This document shows, piece by piece, positions 28,530-37,504 of a stretch of 64,000 nt of DNA. Both the position numbers and the translations under genes were made by a program. The first letter of the stretch is position 1, and each line of letters starts with the position of its first letter. The notes below the pieces were generated by a model. It was given only the letters and a program-made list of their open reading frames with translations. It was not told the DNA's origin and searched no databases. Source of the DNA: an uncultured virus (IMG/VR IMGVR_UViG_3300040735_000039) (Duplodnaviria > Heunggongvirae > Uroviricota > Caudoviricetes); IMG/VR virus record IMGVR_UViG_3300040735_000039; one strand, given 5' to 3'.

Positions 28530-29874
28530 TTACCAAACCTTCGCCATCAATTACATCGAGGAGCACCCGATCTCCGCTGTTCTATTGGATATGGGCCTTG
28601 GCAAGACGAGCATTACGCTGACGGCACTTAACAACCTGCTGTTTGACAGCTTCAAGGCGCATCGCATTCTGGTCATCGCCCCGCTTCGAGTAGCACGGTA
28701 TACATGGCCTGCTGAAGTAGATAAGTGGGATCACCTGCAGGGCCTCATCTGCTCCGTGGCAGTAGGCACCGAGGCAGAACGCCGGTCAGCACTTTTGAAG
28801 CCCGCCGACATCTATATTATCAACCGCGAAAATGTCCAGTGGCTCATTGAGGACAGCAAGCTACATTTTAATTATGACACCGTTGTAGTGGACGAACTTT
28901 CCTCCTTCAAGAATTATCAAGCAAAGCGGTTCAGGGCGATGATGAAAGTCCGACCGACTGTTAAACGCATCATCGGGCTGACCGGCACTCCTTCCGCAAA
29001 TGGTCTTATGGATTTATGGGCAGAGTTTCGGCTTCTGGATATGGGTGCTCGGCTCGGACGGTTCATCAGCCACTACCGGCTTGAATACTTCCAGCCAGAC
29101 AAGCGCAACGGACAGGTCATCTTCAGCTATAAGCCCCTGCCCGGCGCAGAGCAGCGGATATATGACAAAATTTCCGACATCACCATCAGCATGAAATCCA
29201 CCGACTACCTAAAAATGCCGGAGCTGGTCAGCAGTGAATATTCAGTGCGGCTCTCCGATGATGAGAAAAAGCGATACAACGAATTGAAGCAAGATCTCGT
29301 ATTGCAGCTTCCGGGTGGCGATATTACTGCCGCCAATGCAGCCGCTCTCACCGGCAAGCTGTGCCAGATGGCAAACGGCGCTATTTATACCGACGATGGC
29401 AACACCATAACGATTCACGACCGAAAGCTGGAGGCACTGGAGGATATCATCGAAGCCGCCGGTGGTAAGCCACTTCTGGTGGCGTACTGGTTTAAGCATG
29501 ACCTCGCCCGCATTACCGAGCGGCTGCAAAAGCTCCATATTCCGTTCTCCAAGCTGGACAGTGCCGAAAGCATAAAGCGGTGGAATGATGGTGAGCTTCC
29601 CGTGGCACTGGTACATCCCGCCTCTGCCGGTCATGGGCTAAACCTGCAAAGTGGCGGTTCCTGCATCGTCTGGTTCGGGCTGACCTGGTCACTGGAGCTT
29701 TACCAGCAGACCAACGCCCGCTTGTGGCGACAGGGACAGAGTGCCAAAACGGTTGTGGTGCAGCACATCGTTACCAAAGGCACTATCGATGAGCGGATAC
29801 TGAAGGTGTTATCCAAGAAGGACAGCACACAGGCTGCGTTAATCGAAGCGGTAAAAGCCGACCTGCAAATCTGA
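28510..29874 (+). CDS. SNF2-like helicase
   Basis: DMGLGKT, VVDELS, LTGTP, SAGHGLNLQ, ARLWRQGQ. Confidence 0.93.
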   Translation: MKYEPHNYQTFAINYIEEHPISAVLLDMGLGKTSITLTALNNLLFDSFKAHRILVIAPLRVARYTWPAEVDKWDHLQGLICSVAVGTEAERRSALLKPADIYIINRENVQWLIEDSKLHFNYDTVVVDELSSFKNYQAKRFRAMMKVRPTVKRIIGLTGTPSANGLMDLWAEFRLLDMGARLGRFISHYRLEYFQPDKRNGQVIFSYKPLPGAEQRIYDKISDITISMKSTDYLKMPELVSSEYSVRLSDDEKKRYNELKQDLVLQLPGGDITAANAAALTGKLCQMANGAIYTDDGNTITIHDRKLEALEDIIEAAGGKPLLVAYWFKHDLARITERLQKLHIPFSKLDSAESIKRWNDGELPVALVHPASAGHGLNLQSGGSCIVWFGLTWSLELYQQTNARLWRQGQSAKTVVVQHIVTKGTIDERILKVLSKKDSTQAALIEAVKADLQI

Positions 29875-29932
29875 GACAACCAACGACAATCCGTGCCAAT
29901 CCGAGAGAAATAAATTATCGGAGGTACAGATT

Positions 29933-30130
29933 ATGGATACACCTTATGAAAATCTTGCAAACGCCATCGTACTACAGGCCGTCAAGGATTACCGGCTGCA
30001 TGACGATGAACAGGAGCTTGCCAGCATCGAGCGCTTCTTCCGTTCCGGTTGGTTTAACACGCTTACAAGCATCGACCCTGAAATGCTGATTGCCAAGCTG
30101 AAAAAGGAGAAGGTGCGCTATGAATACTAA
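29933..30130 (+). CDS. Phage hypothetical protein
   Basis: YENLANAIVLQAVKDYR...ERFFRSGWF; RBS GGAGGT. Confidence 0.8.
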   Translation: MDTPYENLANAIVLQAVKDYRLHDDEQELASIERFFRSGWFNTLTSIDPEMLIAKLKKEKVRYEY

Positions 30131-30554
30131 AACCTACCTTTCTCAGGCGCGTTATCTGGACATGCGTATCAAGTCCAAGCTCCAGCAGGTTGACTCTCTG
30201 AACGAGCTGGCAACGACCTGTACATCTGTCTTGACGGGCATGCCGAGAAACCCCAGCGGCTCAACCTCCCGCATGGCTGATGCTGTATGTAAAATCGTTG
30301 ACCTGCAGAATGACATCAACCGTGATATTGATAAGCTGGTTGACCTTAAGAAAGAAATCATGGGTGTCATCAAAGCTGTGGTAAACCCGGAGCACCAGAC
30401 CCTTTTGGAGAAGCGGTACCTCTGCTTTCTTTCTTGGGAGAAGATAGCTGTGGACATGGGCTACGACCTGCGTTATACACACAAGCTCCACATTCGGGCG
30501 CTGGAGGAATGTATTATCCCTGCTCCTCCTGAAGTGGACACGAAAAGACACTGA
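30120..30554 (+). CDS. ArpU/RinA-like (DUF1492) late transcriptional activator
   Basis: KTYLSQA...LLEKRYL..LSWEKIAVDMGY...LHIRAL; located before HNH-terS. Confidence 0.85.
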   Translation: MNTKTYLSQARYLDMRIKSKLQQVDSLNELATTCTSVLTGMPRNPSGSTSRMADAVCKIVDLQNDINRDIDKLVDLKKEIMGVIKAVVNPEHQTLLEKRYLCFLSWEKIAVDMGYDLRYTHKLHIRALEECIIPAPPEVDTKRH

Positions 30555-30586
30555 AAGACACCTGCCTCCTATGATAGTATTATAAT
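30537..30586 (+). promoter_or_regulatory. Putative late promoter with three phased GACAC repeats
   Basis: GACAC at 30537, 30547 and 30557 (10-bp period), TATAAT at 30581. Confidence 0.6.
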
Positions 30587-30660
30587 AGGAAAACAGAATC
30601 CAAGAGAGCCTTGTGGGAGCAATCCCGCAGGGCTTTTCTTATGCCCAACGAGGTGAACCG

Positions 30661-31023
30661 ATGCCATACAAACCCAAACGTCCCTGCTCCTACCCCGGCT
30701 GCGGTCGGCTCGCTGTGAGTGAGCAATACTGCGGCGAGCATCAGAAGCTCATGGACAAACAATATAACAAATACGAGCGCGACCCCGCTTCAAACAAACG
30801 GTACGGTCGTGCATGGAAACGTATCCGCGACCGCTACATCAAGGCGCACCCGCTCTGTGAGGAATGTGAGAAGCAAGGACTGATTGTCCCCGCCGAGGAG
30901 GTACACCACATCCTTCCACTCTCGAAGGGTGGCAGCAGCTACCAAGACAACCTTATGGCGCTGTGCAAGACCTGTCACTCCCGTATCACTGCGGAGTCCG
31001 GCGACCGCTGGCACGACCGTTGA
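30661..31023 (+). CDS. Packaging-associated HNH endonuclease
   Basis: PLCEEC, EVHHILPL, NLMALCKTCHS. Confidence 0.92.
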   Translation: MPYKPKRPCSYPGCGRLAVSEQYCGEHQKLMDKQYNKYERDPASNKRYGRAWKRIRDRYIKAHPLCEECEKQGLIVPAEEVHHILPLSKGGSSYQDNLMALCKTCHSRITAESGDRWHDR

Positions 31024-31178
31024 GGTCTGTATCACATTATGATACAGACCAAAATGCAGACGCTGCTGCCGGTGGGGAAGGTTAAATCCTCAAACCAAAA
31101 TATTAAGGACAGCGGCGTGGGGCTTCGTGTTGAAAAACGCAGTTTCAAAGGGTTGAATAGCCCAAGTAAAAAAGGAGT

Positions 31179-31739
31179 GTGATGAATATGGCGAAAGACG
31201 GCACCTGTAGAGGTGGTGCCAGAGTCGGTGCTGGCGCTAAAAAGAAGCCTCTCGCCGACAAAATATCAGCCGGTAATCCAGGTGGTAGGAAATTGACGGT
31301 GATGGAGTTCACTGACGCGCCCGCGCTCGAAGGCTATGAAATGCCGGAGCCGAACAAGATGCTTTCGGCGGAGCAAAAGGATGGTACGACGCTTGCCGCT
31401 GGTGAAATATATAAAAACACATGGACGTGGCTCAATGCACGAGGCTGCGCTACGCTCGTTTCTCCCCAGCTTCTGGAACGTTACGCCATGAGTGTGGCGC
31501 GTTGGATTCAATGCGAGGAAGCTGTGTCGAGCTTCGGTTTCTTGGCGCGGCATCCTACCACCGGCAACGCAATACAAAGCCCATATGTAGCGATGGGACA
31601 AAACTACATGAGCCAGACCAACCGCCTATGGTATGAGATCTTCCAGATTGTAAAGGAAAACTGTACCGGAGAATACAGCGGTGCTACTCCACAGGACGAT
31701 ATTATGGAGCGCCTGCTTACTGCGAGGAGGGGTAAATAG
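31179..31739 (+). CDS. Terminase small subunit (P27-like)
   Basis: GGARVGAGAKKK, HPTTGNAIQSPYV; follows the HNH gene. Confidence 0.85.
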   Translation: MMNMAKDGTCRGGARVGAGAKKKPLADKISAGNPGGRKLTVMEFTDAPALEGYEMPEPNKMLSAEQKDGTTLAAGEIYKNTWTWLNARGCATLVSPQLLERYAMSVARWIQCEEAVSSFGFLARHPTTGNAIQSPYVAMGQNYMSQTNRLWYEIFQIVKENCTGEYSGATPQDDIMERLLTARRGK

Positions 31740-33070
31740 TGGACATACGGACATTAAAGCTGTCGGACTTGAATCCTGCCAAATATAACCCTCGCAAAGA
31801 GTTAAAGCCGGGCGACACAGAGTTTGAAAAGCTCAAGCGGTCTATCGAGAGCTTCGGATACGTCGAGCTCATCGTCGTAAACGAGGCGACGGGCTTCACG
31901 GTCATTTCTGGGCATCAGCGGCTTTCGGTTTTGAAAGCACTCGGTTATGACAGCGTGGAGTGCATCGTGTTGAGTCTTGATGCCACCCGCGAAAAGGCGC
32001 TCAACATCGCCATGAACAAAATCTCCGGCGAGTGGGACACGAAGAAGCTCGAAAATCTGCTGTCAGATTTGAAAGCAGAAGATTTCGATGTGACGCTGAC
32101 CGGCTTCGACACCAGCGAGATTGGACTCATGCTCGGCGTCGATGATGAAATCGTGCAGGACATTGTTCCGGAAGTCAATTCGGATGAGCCGACGGTATGC
32201 CAGCCCGGAGACATCTGGCGGCTCGGTCGACATCGTCTGCTCTGCGGCAGCAGTACCGATAAAAACGATGTTGCTCGATTAATGGACGGACAAAAAAGCA
32301 AGCTGCTGTTCACCTCGCCGCCCTACAGCGATATGCGCACCTACAACGGTGATAAAGAGCTGTCGGTCGAGAGCATCGCGCAGTTTCTTCCGTGCTACGA
32401 ACCGTACACGGCGCTGCAAGCGGTCAATCTCGGCATCCAGCGTAAGGACGGTGAGGTTTATCCCTACTGGAACGCCTACATCGACGCGGCAAAGCAGGTC
32501 GGGCTGAAGCTGCTGGCGTGGAATGTGTGGGACAAGCTCACCTGCGGCAGCGTCGGACAGCAGAAAGCCATGATACCAATTCGACACGAGTGGATTTTCT
32601 GCTTTGGCAAAGAGCCGGTGCCGGTGAATCCCACATGGCGCAAAAAGGAAGCCAGCATCTACTCCGGTGGTCGCTACAACAAAATCCGTCAGGCGGACGG
32701 CTCCTTTCGCATTGCGCGGCGCGGCAATGAAACCGGCGCGTTCAAAAAGATGGAGAGTCTGCTGGATTTGCCAGAACAAACCAGCCTCGAATCAGTCACA
32801 AAACAGCTCAGTGAAAAAGGCAAAATTCGCGCCGAGCACCCCGCCACCTTTCCCGTGGCGCTGCCTTCGGAATACATCGTCGCATTCACCGACGAGGGCG
32901 ACATCGTGGTTGAGCCGTTTGGCGGCGCGGGTAAAACGCTTATCGCTTGTGAGCAGCTTGACCGTAGCTGCTACAGCATGGAGCTCGATGCGCACTACTG
33001 CGACGTCATCATAAAACGCTGGGAGAATTTCACCGGTAATACGGCTGTGAAAATAGAAAGGAAAAACTGA
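31739..33070 (+). CDS. ParB-N domain + DNA methyltransferase
   Basis: YNPRK, SGHQRL, FTSPPY, HPATFPV, EPFGGAG. Confidence 0.88.
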   Translation: MDIRTLKLSDLNPAKYNPRKELKPGDTEFEKLKRSIESFGYVELIVVNEATGFTVISGHQRLSVLKALGYDSVECIVLSLDATREKALNIAMNKISGEWDTKKLENLLSDLKAEDFDVTLTGFDTSEIGLMLGVDDEIVQDIVPEVNSDEPTVCQPGDIWRLGRHRLLCGSSTDKNDVARLMDGQKSKLLFTSPPYSDMRTYNGDKELSVESIAQFLPCYEPYTALQAVNLGIQRKDGEVYPYWNAYIDAAKQVGLKLLAWNVWDKLTCGSVGQQKAMIPIRHEWIFCFGKEPVPVNPTWRKKEASIYSGGRYNKIRQADGSFRIARRGNETGAFKKMESLLDLPEQTSLESVTKQLSEKGKIRAEHPATFPVALPSEYIVAFTDEGDIVVEPFGGAGKTLIACEQLDRSCYSMELDAHYCDVIIKRWENFTGNTAVKIERKN

Positions 33071-33071
33071 T

Positions 33072-34256
33072 ATGACTACTTACAAAACCGCCGAAAGTGT
33101 ATGCATGGGGCACCCGGATAAGCTGTGCGACCTCATCGCCGACAGCATTCTGGATGCCTGTCTCAGAAAAGATAAATCCGCTCGCGTCGCCTGTGAAGTA
33201 ATGGCGACCAAGGGCAAAATCATCGTTGCGGGCGAAATCACCTGTGACGGCAAAGTGGATATCCGTTGGGAGGTGCGCGAAGTCCTCCGAAAGGTCGGCT
33301 ACAATCCGTGGAAGTTTACTGTCTTTGTGTTCGTACACAAGCAGAGTGCTGACATCAGCGCAGGAGTGACCACTGCGCTCGAAGCCAGAAACGGCAGCGA
33401 GGAACGTTACGCTTCCATCGGCGCTGGCGATCAAGGCACTGTTTACGGTTACGCCACTAACGAAACCCGCGAGATGCTGCCGCTACCTCTGGTGTTGGCG
33501 CATCGTATTTGTAAACGCGTAGATACGGTCCGCAAGGATAAAATCGTGAAAGGCATTCTGCCGGACGGCAAGGCACAGGTTACGGTCGAATACGAGGATG
33601 GAAAGCCGAAGCGTGTGAAAACAATCGTGGTTTCCGTTCAGCATGAAGCCAGTAAGACACAGGAACAGCTTTATTCGGATATCAAGCAGAATGTTCTCTG
33701 GCAGTGCTTTGAGGACTTCCCGTTTGATGATGATACTGAAATCTTCGTCAATCCCTCCGGCAGATTTGTTGAGGGCGGTCCCGCTGCTGACACTGGCTTG
33801 ACTGGTCGAAAGATGATGGTGGACACCTACGGAGGGCTTGCTCTCCACGGCGGAGGAGCGTTCAGTGGCAAAGACCCAACGAAGGTCGACCGCAGCGGCG
33901 CTTATATGGCGCGGTACATCGCAAAGAATATCGTCTGGAGCGGCCTCGCGGATAAATGCGGAGTCGCTCTTTCTTATGCCATCGGAAAGGCTGATCCCGT
34001 GGCTGTGGACATCGACACATTTGGCACGAGCCCTCTTTCCAACGAGGCTCTGCGTGAGATTGTGATGTCAGTGTTCAACCTGCGTCCGGCGGCGATCATC
34101 GAAAAACTGCACCTGCGTAACGCCATTTATCAGGACACCGCGACCTACGGGCACTTCAATTCTTGCTTGTTCCCGTGGGAGGATACCAGCATGAGGCTAT
34201 ACAACGAACTAAGAAAGGCGGATGAAGCGTATGCAGATAGAAAAATTGAAGATTGA
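33072..34256 (+). CDS. metK: S-adenosylmethionine synthetase
   Basis: AESVCMGHPDK, GAGDQG, PDGKAQV, GLTGRK, HGGGAFSGKDPTKVDRS. Confidence 0.96.
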   Translation: MTTYKTAESVCMGHPDKLCDLIADSILDACLRKDKSARVACEVMATKGKIIVAGEITCDGKVDIRWEVREVLRKVGYNPWKFTVFVFVHKQSADISAGVTTALEARNGSEERYASIGAGDQGTVYGYATNETREMLPLPLVLAHRICKRVDTVRKDKIVKGILPDGKAQVTVEYEDGKPKRVKTIVVSVQHEASKTQEQLYSDIKQNVLWQCFEDFPFDDDTEIFVNPSGRFVEGGPAADTGLTGRKMMVDTYGGLALHGGGAFSGKDPTKVDRSGAYMARYIAKNIVWSGLADKCGVALSYAIGKADPVAVDIDTFGTSPLSNEALREIVMSVFNLRPAAIIEKLHLRNAIYQDTATYGHFNSCLFPWEDTSMRLYNELRKADEAYADRKIED

Positions 34257-35466
34257 GCAGCTTATCCCGTCTGACTACAACCCTCGCAAGGATTTAAAGC
34301 CCGGAGATCCTGAATACGATAAGCTAAAGTGCTCCATTGAACAGTTCGGATACGTCGAGCCGGTCATCTGGAATATGGTGACCGGCCGTGTTGTAGGTGG
34401 GCATCAACGTTTGAAGGTGCTCATCGATATGGGCATTACCGAGGTGGAGTGTGTCGTCGTAGAGCTGCCGGAGACAAAGGAAAAGGCGCTCAATGTGGCG
34501 CTCAATAAAATATCCGGCGATTGGGATAAAGATAAGCTGGCGCTGCTCATCGCTGACCTGCAAGGCTCCGATTTCGATGTTTCGCTCACGGGCTTCGACC
34601 CATCCGAACTGGATGACCTATTCAAAAGCAGCATCAAAGATGGTCTGCACGATGACGATTTTGATGTCGATGAGGAGCTCAAGCAACCGCCGGTCACTAA
34701 GCTCGGCGACCTCTGGACACTCGGTCGGCATCGGCTGGTCTGCGGAGACAGCACCAAAGCAGAAACCTTCGCCGTTCTTATGGATAACCGCAAGGCGAAT
34801 CTGGTCATCACAGACCCGCCTTATAATGTAAACTACGAAGGCAGCGCCGGAAAAATCAAGAACGACAACATGGCAAACGAAGCTTTTTACAATTTCCTGC
34901 TGGCAGCTTTTCAGAACACTGAGGCGGTCATGGCGGATGACGCAAGCATATACATTTTTCATTCCGACACCGAAGGACTGAATTTTAGAAGAGCCTTTTC
35001 GGATGCCGGTTTTTATTTGTCCGGTTGCTGTATCTGGAAAAAGCAATCGCTGGTGCTGGGGCGTTCTCCGTATCAGTGGCAGCACGAGCCTGTGCTCTAC
35101 GGCTGGAAGAAAAGCGGCAAGCATCAGTGGTACAGTGGGCGCAAGGAAACGACCATCTGGGAGTTCGACAAACCAAAAAAGAATGGCGACCACCCGACAA
35201 TGAAGCCTATTCCGCTGCTGGCTTATCCTATTATGAACAGCAGCATGACAAATACGCTGGTGCTCGATCCCTTCGGTGGCTCAGGCTCCACGCTCATCGC
35301 CTGTGAACAGGCCGACCGCTCCTGCGCCACAATCGAACTTGATGAGAAGTTCTGCGACGTCATCGTGAAGCGGTATATAGAGCAGGTCGGTGCGGCGGAT
35401 AAGGTATACGTCCAGCGTGATGGACTGACCTATTCATATGCTGAAGTAGCTGTAAAATCGGACTGA
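34231..35466 (+). CDS. ParB-N domain + DNA (adenine) methyltransferase
   Basis: YNPRK, ITDPPYN, HPTMKP, LDPFGGSGST. Confidence 0.92.
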   Translation: MQIEKLKIEQLIPSDYNPRKDLKPGDPEYDKLKCSIEQFGYVEPVIWNMVTGRVVGGHQRLKVLIDMGITEVECVVVELPETKEKALNVALNKISGDWDKDKLALLIADLQGSDFDVSLTGFDPSELDDLFKSSIKDGLHDDDFDVDEELKQPPVTKLGDLWTLGRHRLVCGDSTKAETFAVLMDNRKANLVITDPPYNVNYEGSAGKIKNDNMANEAFYNFLLAAFQNTEAVMADDASIYIFHSDTEGLNFRRAFSDAGFYLSGCCIWKKQSLVLGRSPYQWQHEPVLYGWKKSGKHQWYSGRKETTIWEFDKPKKNGDHPTMKPIPLLAYPIMNSSMTNTLVLDPFGGSGSTLIACEQADRSCATIELDEKFCDVIVKRYIEQVGAADKVYVQRDGLTYSYAEVAVKSD

Positions 35467-35511
35467 ATCACACAAGCGCCGCCGCTTCTATTTGGTACAT
35501 ATATATCGCTG

Positions 35512-35550
35512 AATTGCCTTGCTATTTACAGGTTTTAGAGTGATATATGT
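35512..35550 (+). promoter_or_regulatory. Class-2 promoter-like motif, copy 1 (AATTGCCTTGCTAT-N7-TTTTAGAGYGAT)
   Basis: Same motif and spacing at 36907-36939 and 54703-54735. Confidence 0.72.
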
Positions 35551-35596
35551 ACGTACAAAAGCCGAAGCATCGGCTCAAAGAAAGGCGGCAGACACT

Positions 35597-36457
35597 ATGG
35601 AAAACAAGGATTTTGAACTCAGGTACAACCTGACCGGCAGCGACCGCAAGCGGCTCGTAACATCGATTGCGGAGATTTTGAACAGTCCTGCAAAGTACAA
35701 AGGCGCTCCTTCCTTCGGCTATGAGGTGGACTACTTCACCATCGACAAGAATGGCACGATCAGCTTCGACGACCGCGCCGACAGCGAGGAAATCGAAAAG
35801 CTCATCGAGAGGCTGCACGAGCAGGGCTTTGAAGCGGAAACGCGCTTCGAGGATTTGAGAATGACCGAGGCAGAAGAACTGGGGCTTGGCAGACAGCACC
35901 GCGACCCGGTTGGCGAAGATGGCATGCAAGCAAGCGACGTACCGGACGAGAGCATCGGGCTGGTGATTGAGATGCCCCGCTCCTCCTTTACCGACACTGC
36001 GCTCGAAAATCTCAAGCGGTTGGTGGAAAGCAAGAAAAGCCTCATAAGCAAGGCTCTCGGATGTCAAGACATCGACATTGACATTGTTGATGAGAAGGTA
36101 CGGTTCCCGTGGTTTGAGGACGGCACCGACCCAGACGCGGTCAAGGCATACACACTTTTTATCACAGCGCTTTGCGAGATGGCAAAGACTCAAAAGCGCG
36201 TTACCGCAAAGGAAAAAGATACGGACAATGACAAGTATGCATTTCGCTGCTTCCTGCTCCGTTTGGGCTTCATTGGTGATGAGTACAAGGCGGCGCGAAA
36301 GATACTGCTCCGCAACCTTTCTGGAAGCGGCGCATTCAAGAGCGGAAACCCGAAGGTGCAGGAACTGGTCGAGTGCATCAATGCAGACGCCGGTCTCTAT
36401 GATGACGTGATGAGCCTGCAGGACAAGGAGGTGTCTGACGATGAGGTTTCCAAGTAA
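35597..36457 (+). CDS. Conserved phage hypothetical protein
   Basis: RKRLV...YKGAPSFGY; NDKYAFRCFLLRLGFIG..YK.ARKILL.NLSG. Confidence 0.8.
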   Translation: MENKDFELRYNLTGSDRKRLVTSIAEILNSPAKYKGAPSFGYEVDYFTIDKNGTISFDDRADSEEIEKLIERLHEQGFEAETRFEDLRMTEAEELGLGRQHRDPVGEDGMQASDVPDESIGLVIEMPRSSFTDTALENLKRLVESKKSLISKALGCQDIDIDIVDEKVRFPWFEDGTDPDAVKAYTLFITALCEMAKTQKRVTAKEKDTDNDKYAFRCFLLRLGFIGDEYKAARKILLRNLSGSGAFKSGNPKVQELVECINADAGLYDDVMSLQDKEVSDDEVSK

Positions 36458-36671
36458 GGAGCTGGTAGAGAGCCTCCGCAAGCGTTACCCGGTTGGGTGC
36501 CGTGTGGAGCTTGTCCGAATGGACGACCCGCAAGCACCACCAGTTGGCACCAAAGGCACCGTGCGCGGCGTGGACGACATCGGCTCGGTCATGGTGGCAT
36601 GGGACAATGGCTGCGGCCTGTCCGTGGCTTACGGTGAGGACGCCTGCAAGGTGGTGAACGTCGATGAGTGA
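36441..36671 (+). CDS. DUF4314 protein
   Basis: YPVGCRVELVRMDDP...GTKGTV..VDDIG..V.WDNG..L. Confidence 0.85.
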   Translation: MRFPSKELVESLRKRYPVGCRVELVRMDDPQAPPVGTKGTVRGVDDIGSVMVAWDNGCGLSVAYGEDACKVVNVDE

Positions 36672-36840
36672 AACGGTCAAGAAGCAGATTCTCGCCATCC
36701 GCGACACTGGGCTGACGAATATGTTAGATATCCGCACGGTGCAGCACATCGCCAACGACAGGAGCTTCTACGAGCTGGTGGTGTATCTGGAGGAGCATCG
36801 ACGCGAATACGCGCATTTCATTCTCACCGGCGAAGCGTAA
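36664..36840 (+). CDS. DUF5049-like small protein (58 aa)
   Basis: Hand translation MSETVKKQILAIRDTGLTNMLDIRTVQHIA...YAHFILTGEA. Confidence 0.75.
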   Translation: MSETVKKQILAIRDTGLTNMLDIRTVQHIANDRSFYELVVYLEEHRREYAHFILTGEA

Positions 36841-36906
36841 ACTACACAATTCCGGCGGCGAAATTCGCTGTAAAGATCGTATAGTTTATGCCGGTATATA
36901 TCGCAT

Positions 36907-36946
36907 AATTGCCTTGCTATAGTGTGCTTTTAGAGCGATCATGTGT
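36907..36946 (+). promoter_or_regulatory. Class-2 promoter-like motif, copy 2
   Basis: AATTGCCTTGCTATagtgtgcTTTTAGAGCGAT. Confidence 0.72.
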
Positions 36947-36972
36947 ACAACAAAACAAAGGAGGCACACCCC

Positions 36973-37152
36973 ATGACAGACAAGCAGTTGAAACAGGCAA
37001 AAAGCCAGCTCCCGCAGGGCGAGCGCTTCGACCGAGCCTACAGCGCCTTTGAAGGCGGCATCAGACTGATTTCCAAGAAAGCCGACGGTTCGGAAACCCG
37101 CTACAAAGTACACTTCGAAGCTGACGACAATGTTCGCATCGAACGGTTTTAA
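36973..37152 (+). CDS. Small hypothetical protein
   Basis: RBS AAGGAGG; MTDKQLKQAKSQLPQGERFDRAYSAFEG. Confidence 0.7.
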   Translation: MTDKQLKQAKSQLPQGERFDRAYSAFEGGIRLISKKADGSETRYKVHFEADDNVRIERF

Positions 37153-37165
37153 GGAGGGAGCGACC

Positions 37166-37393
37166 ATGTGGAGAGAAGGAAGCCTGAAGGTTCACGACAG
37201 CATTTTTCACTATTGGATGAAGCAGTATGACGAGGGTTCGCAGTTTGGCATCGAAGGCGGCAGAATCAGCAAGCTGATGCTCAAGCGGAACGGCGAGGTT
37301 GTTTGTAACTACGACAGAGGCTGGGATATCGAGCCTGCCGACCTGGACACGCAGCTCGCGCTGGAGATACTGCTTCAAGGTGAAAACCACTAA
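37166..37393 (+). CDS. Conserved phage hypothetical protein
   Basis: MWREG...GSQFGIEGGRISKL...NYDRGWDIEP. Confidence 0.8.
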   Translation: MWREGSLKVHDSIFHYWMKQYDEGSQFGIEGGRISKLMLKRNGEVVCNYDRGWDIEPADLDTQLALEILLQGENH

Positions 37394-37504
37394 CCCGCAC
37401 TAAATAAAATAGCCGAGGTCAGCCCTGCGTGGGGCTGTATCTCGTACAGATAGATTATGAAGGCACCGGAGGGTGTCTATTTTTATGCCATTTGAGAGGA
37501 GGCG

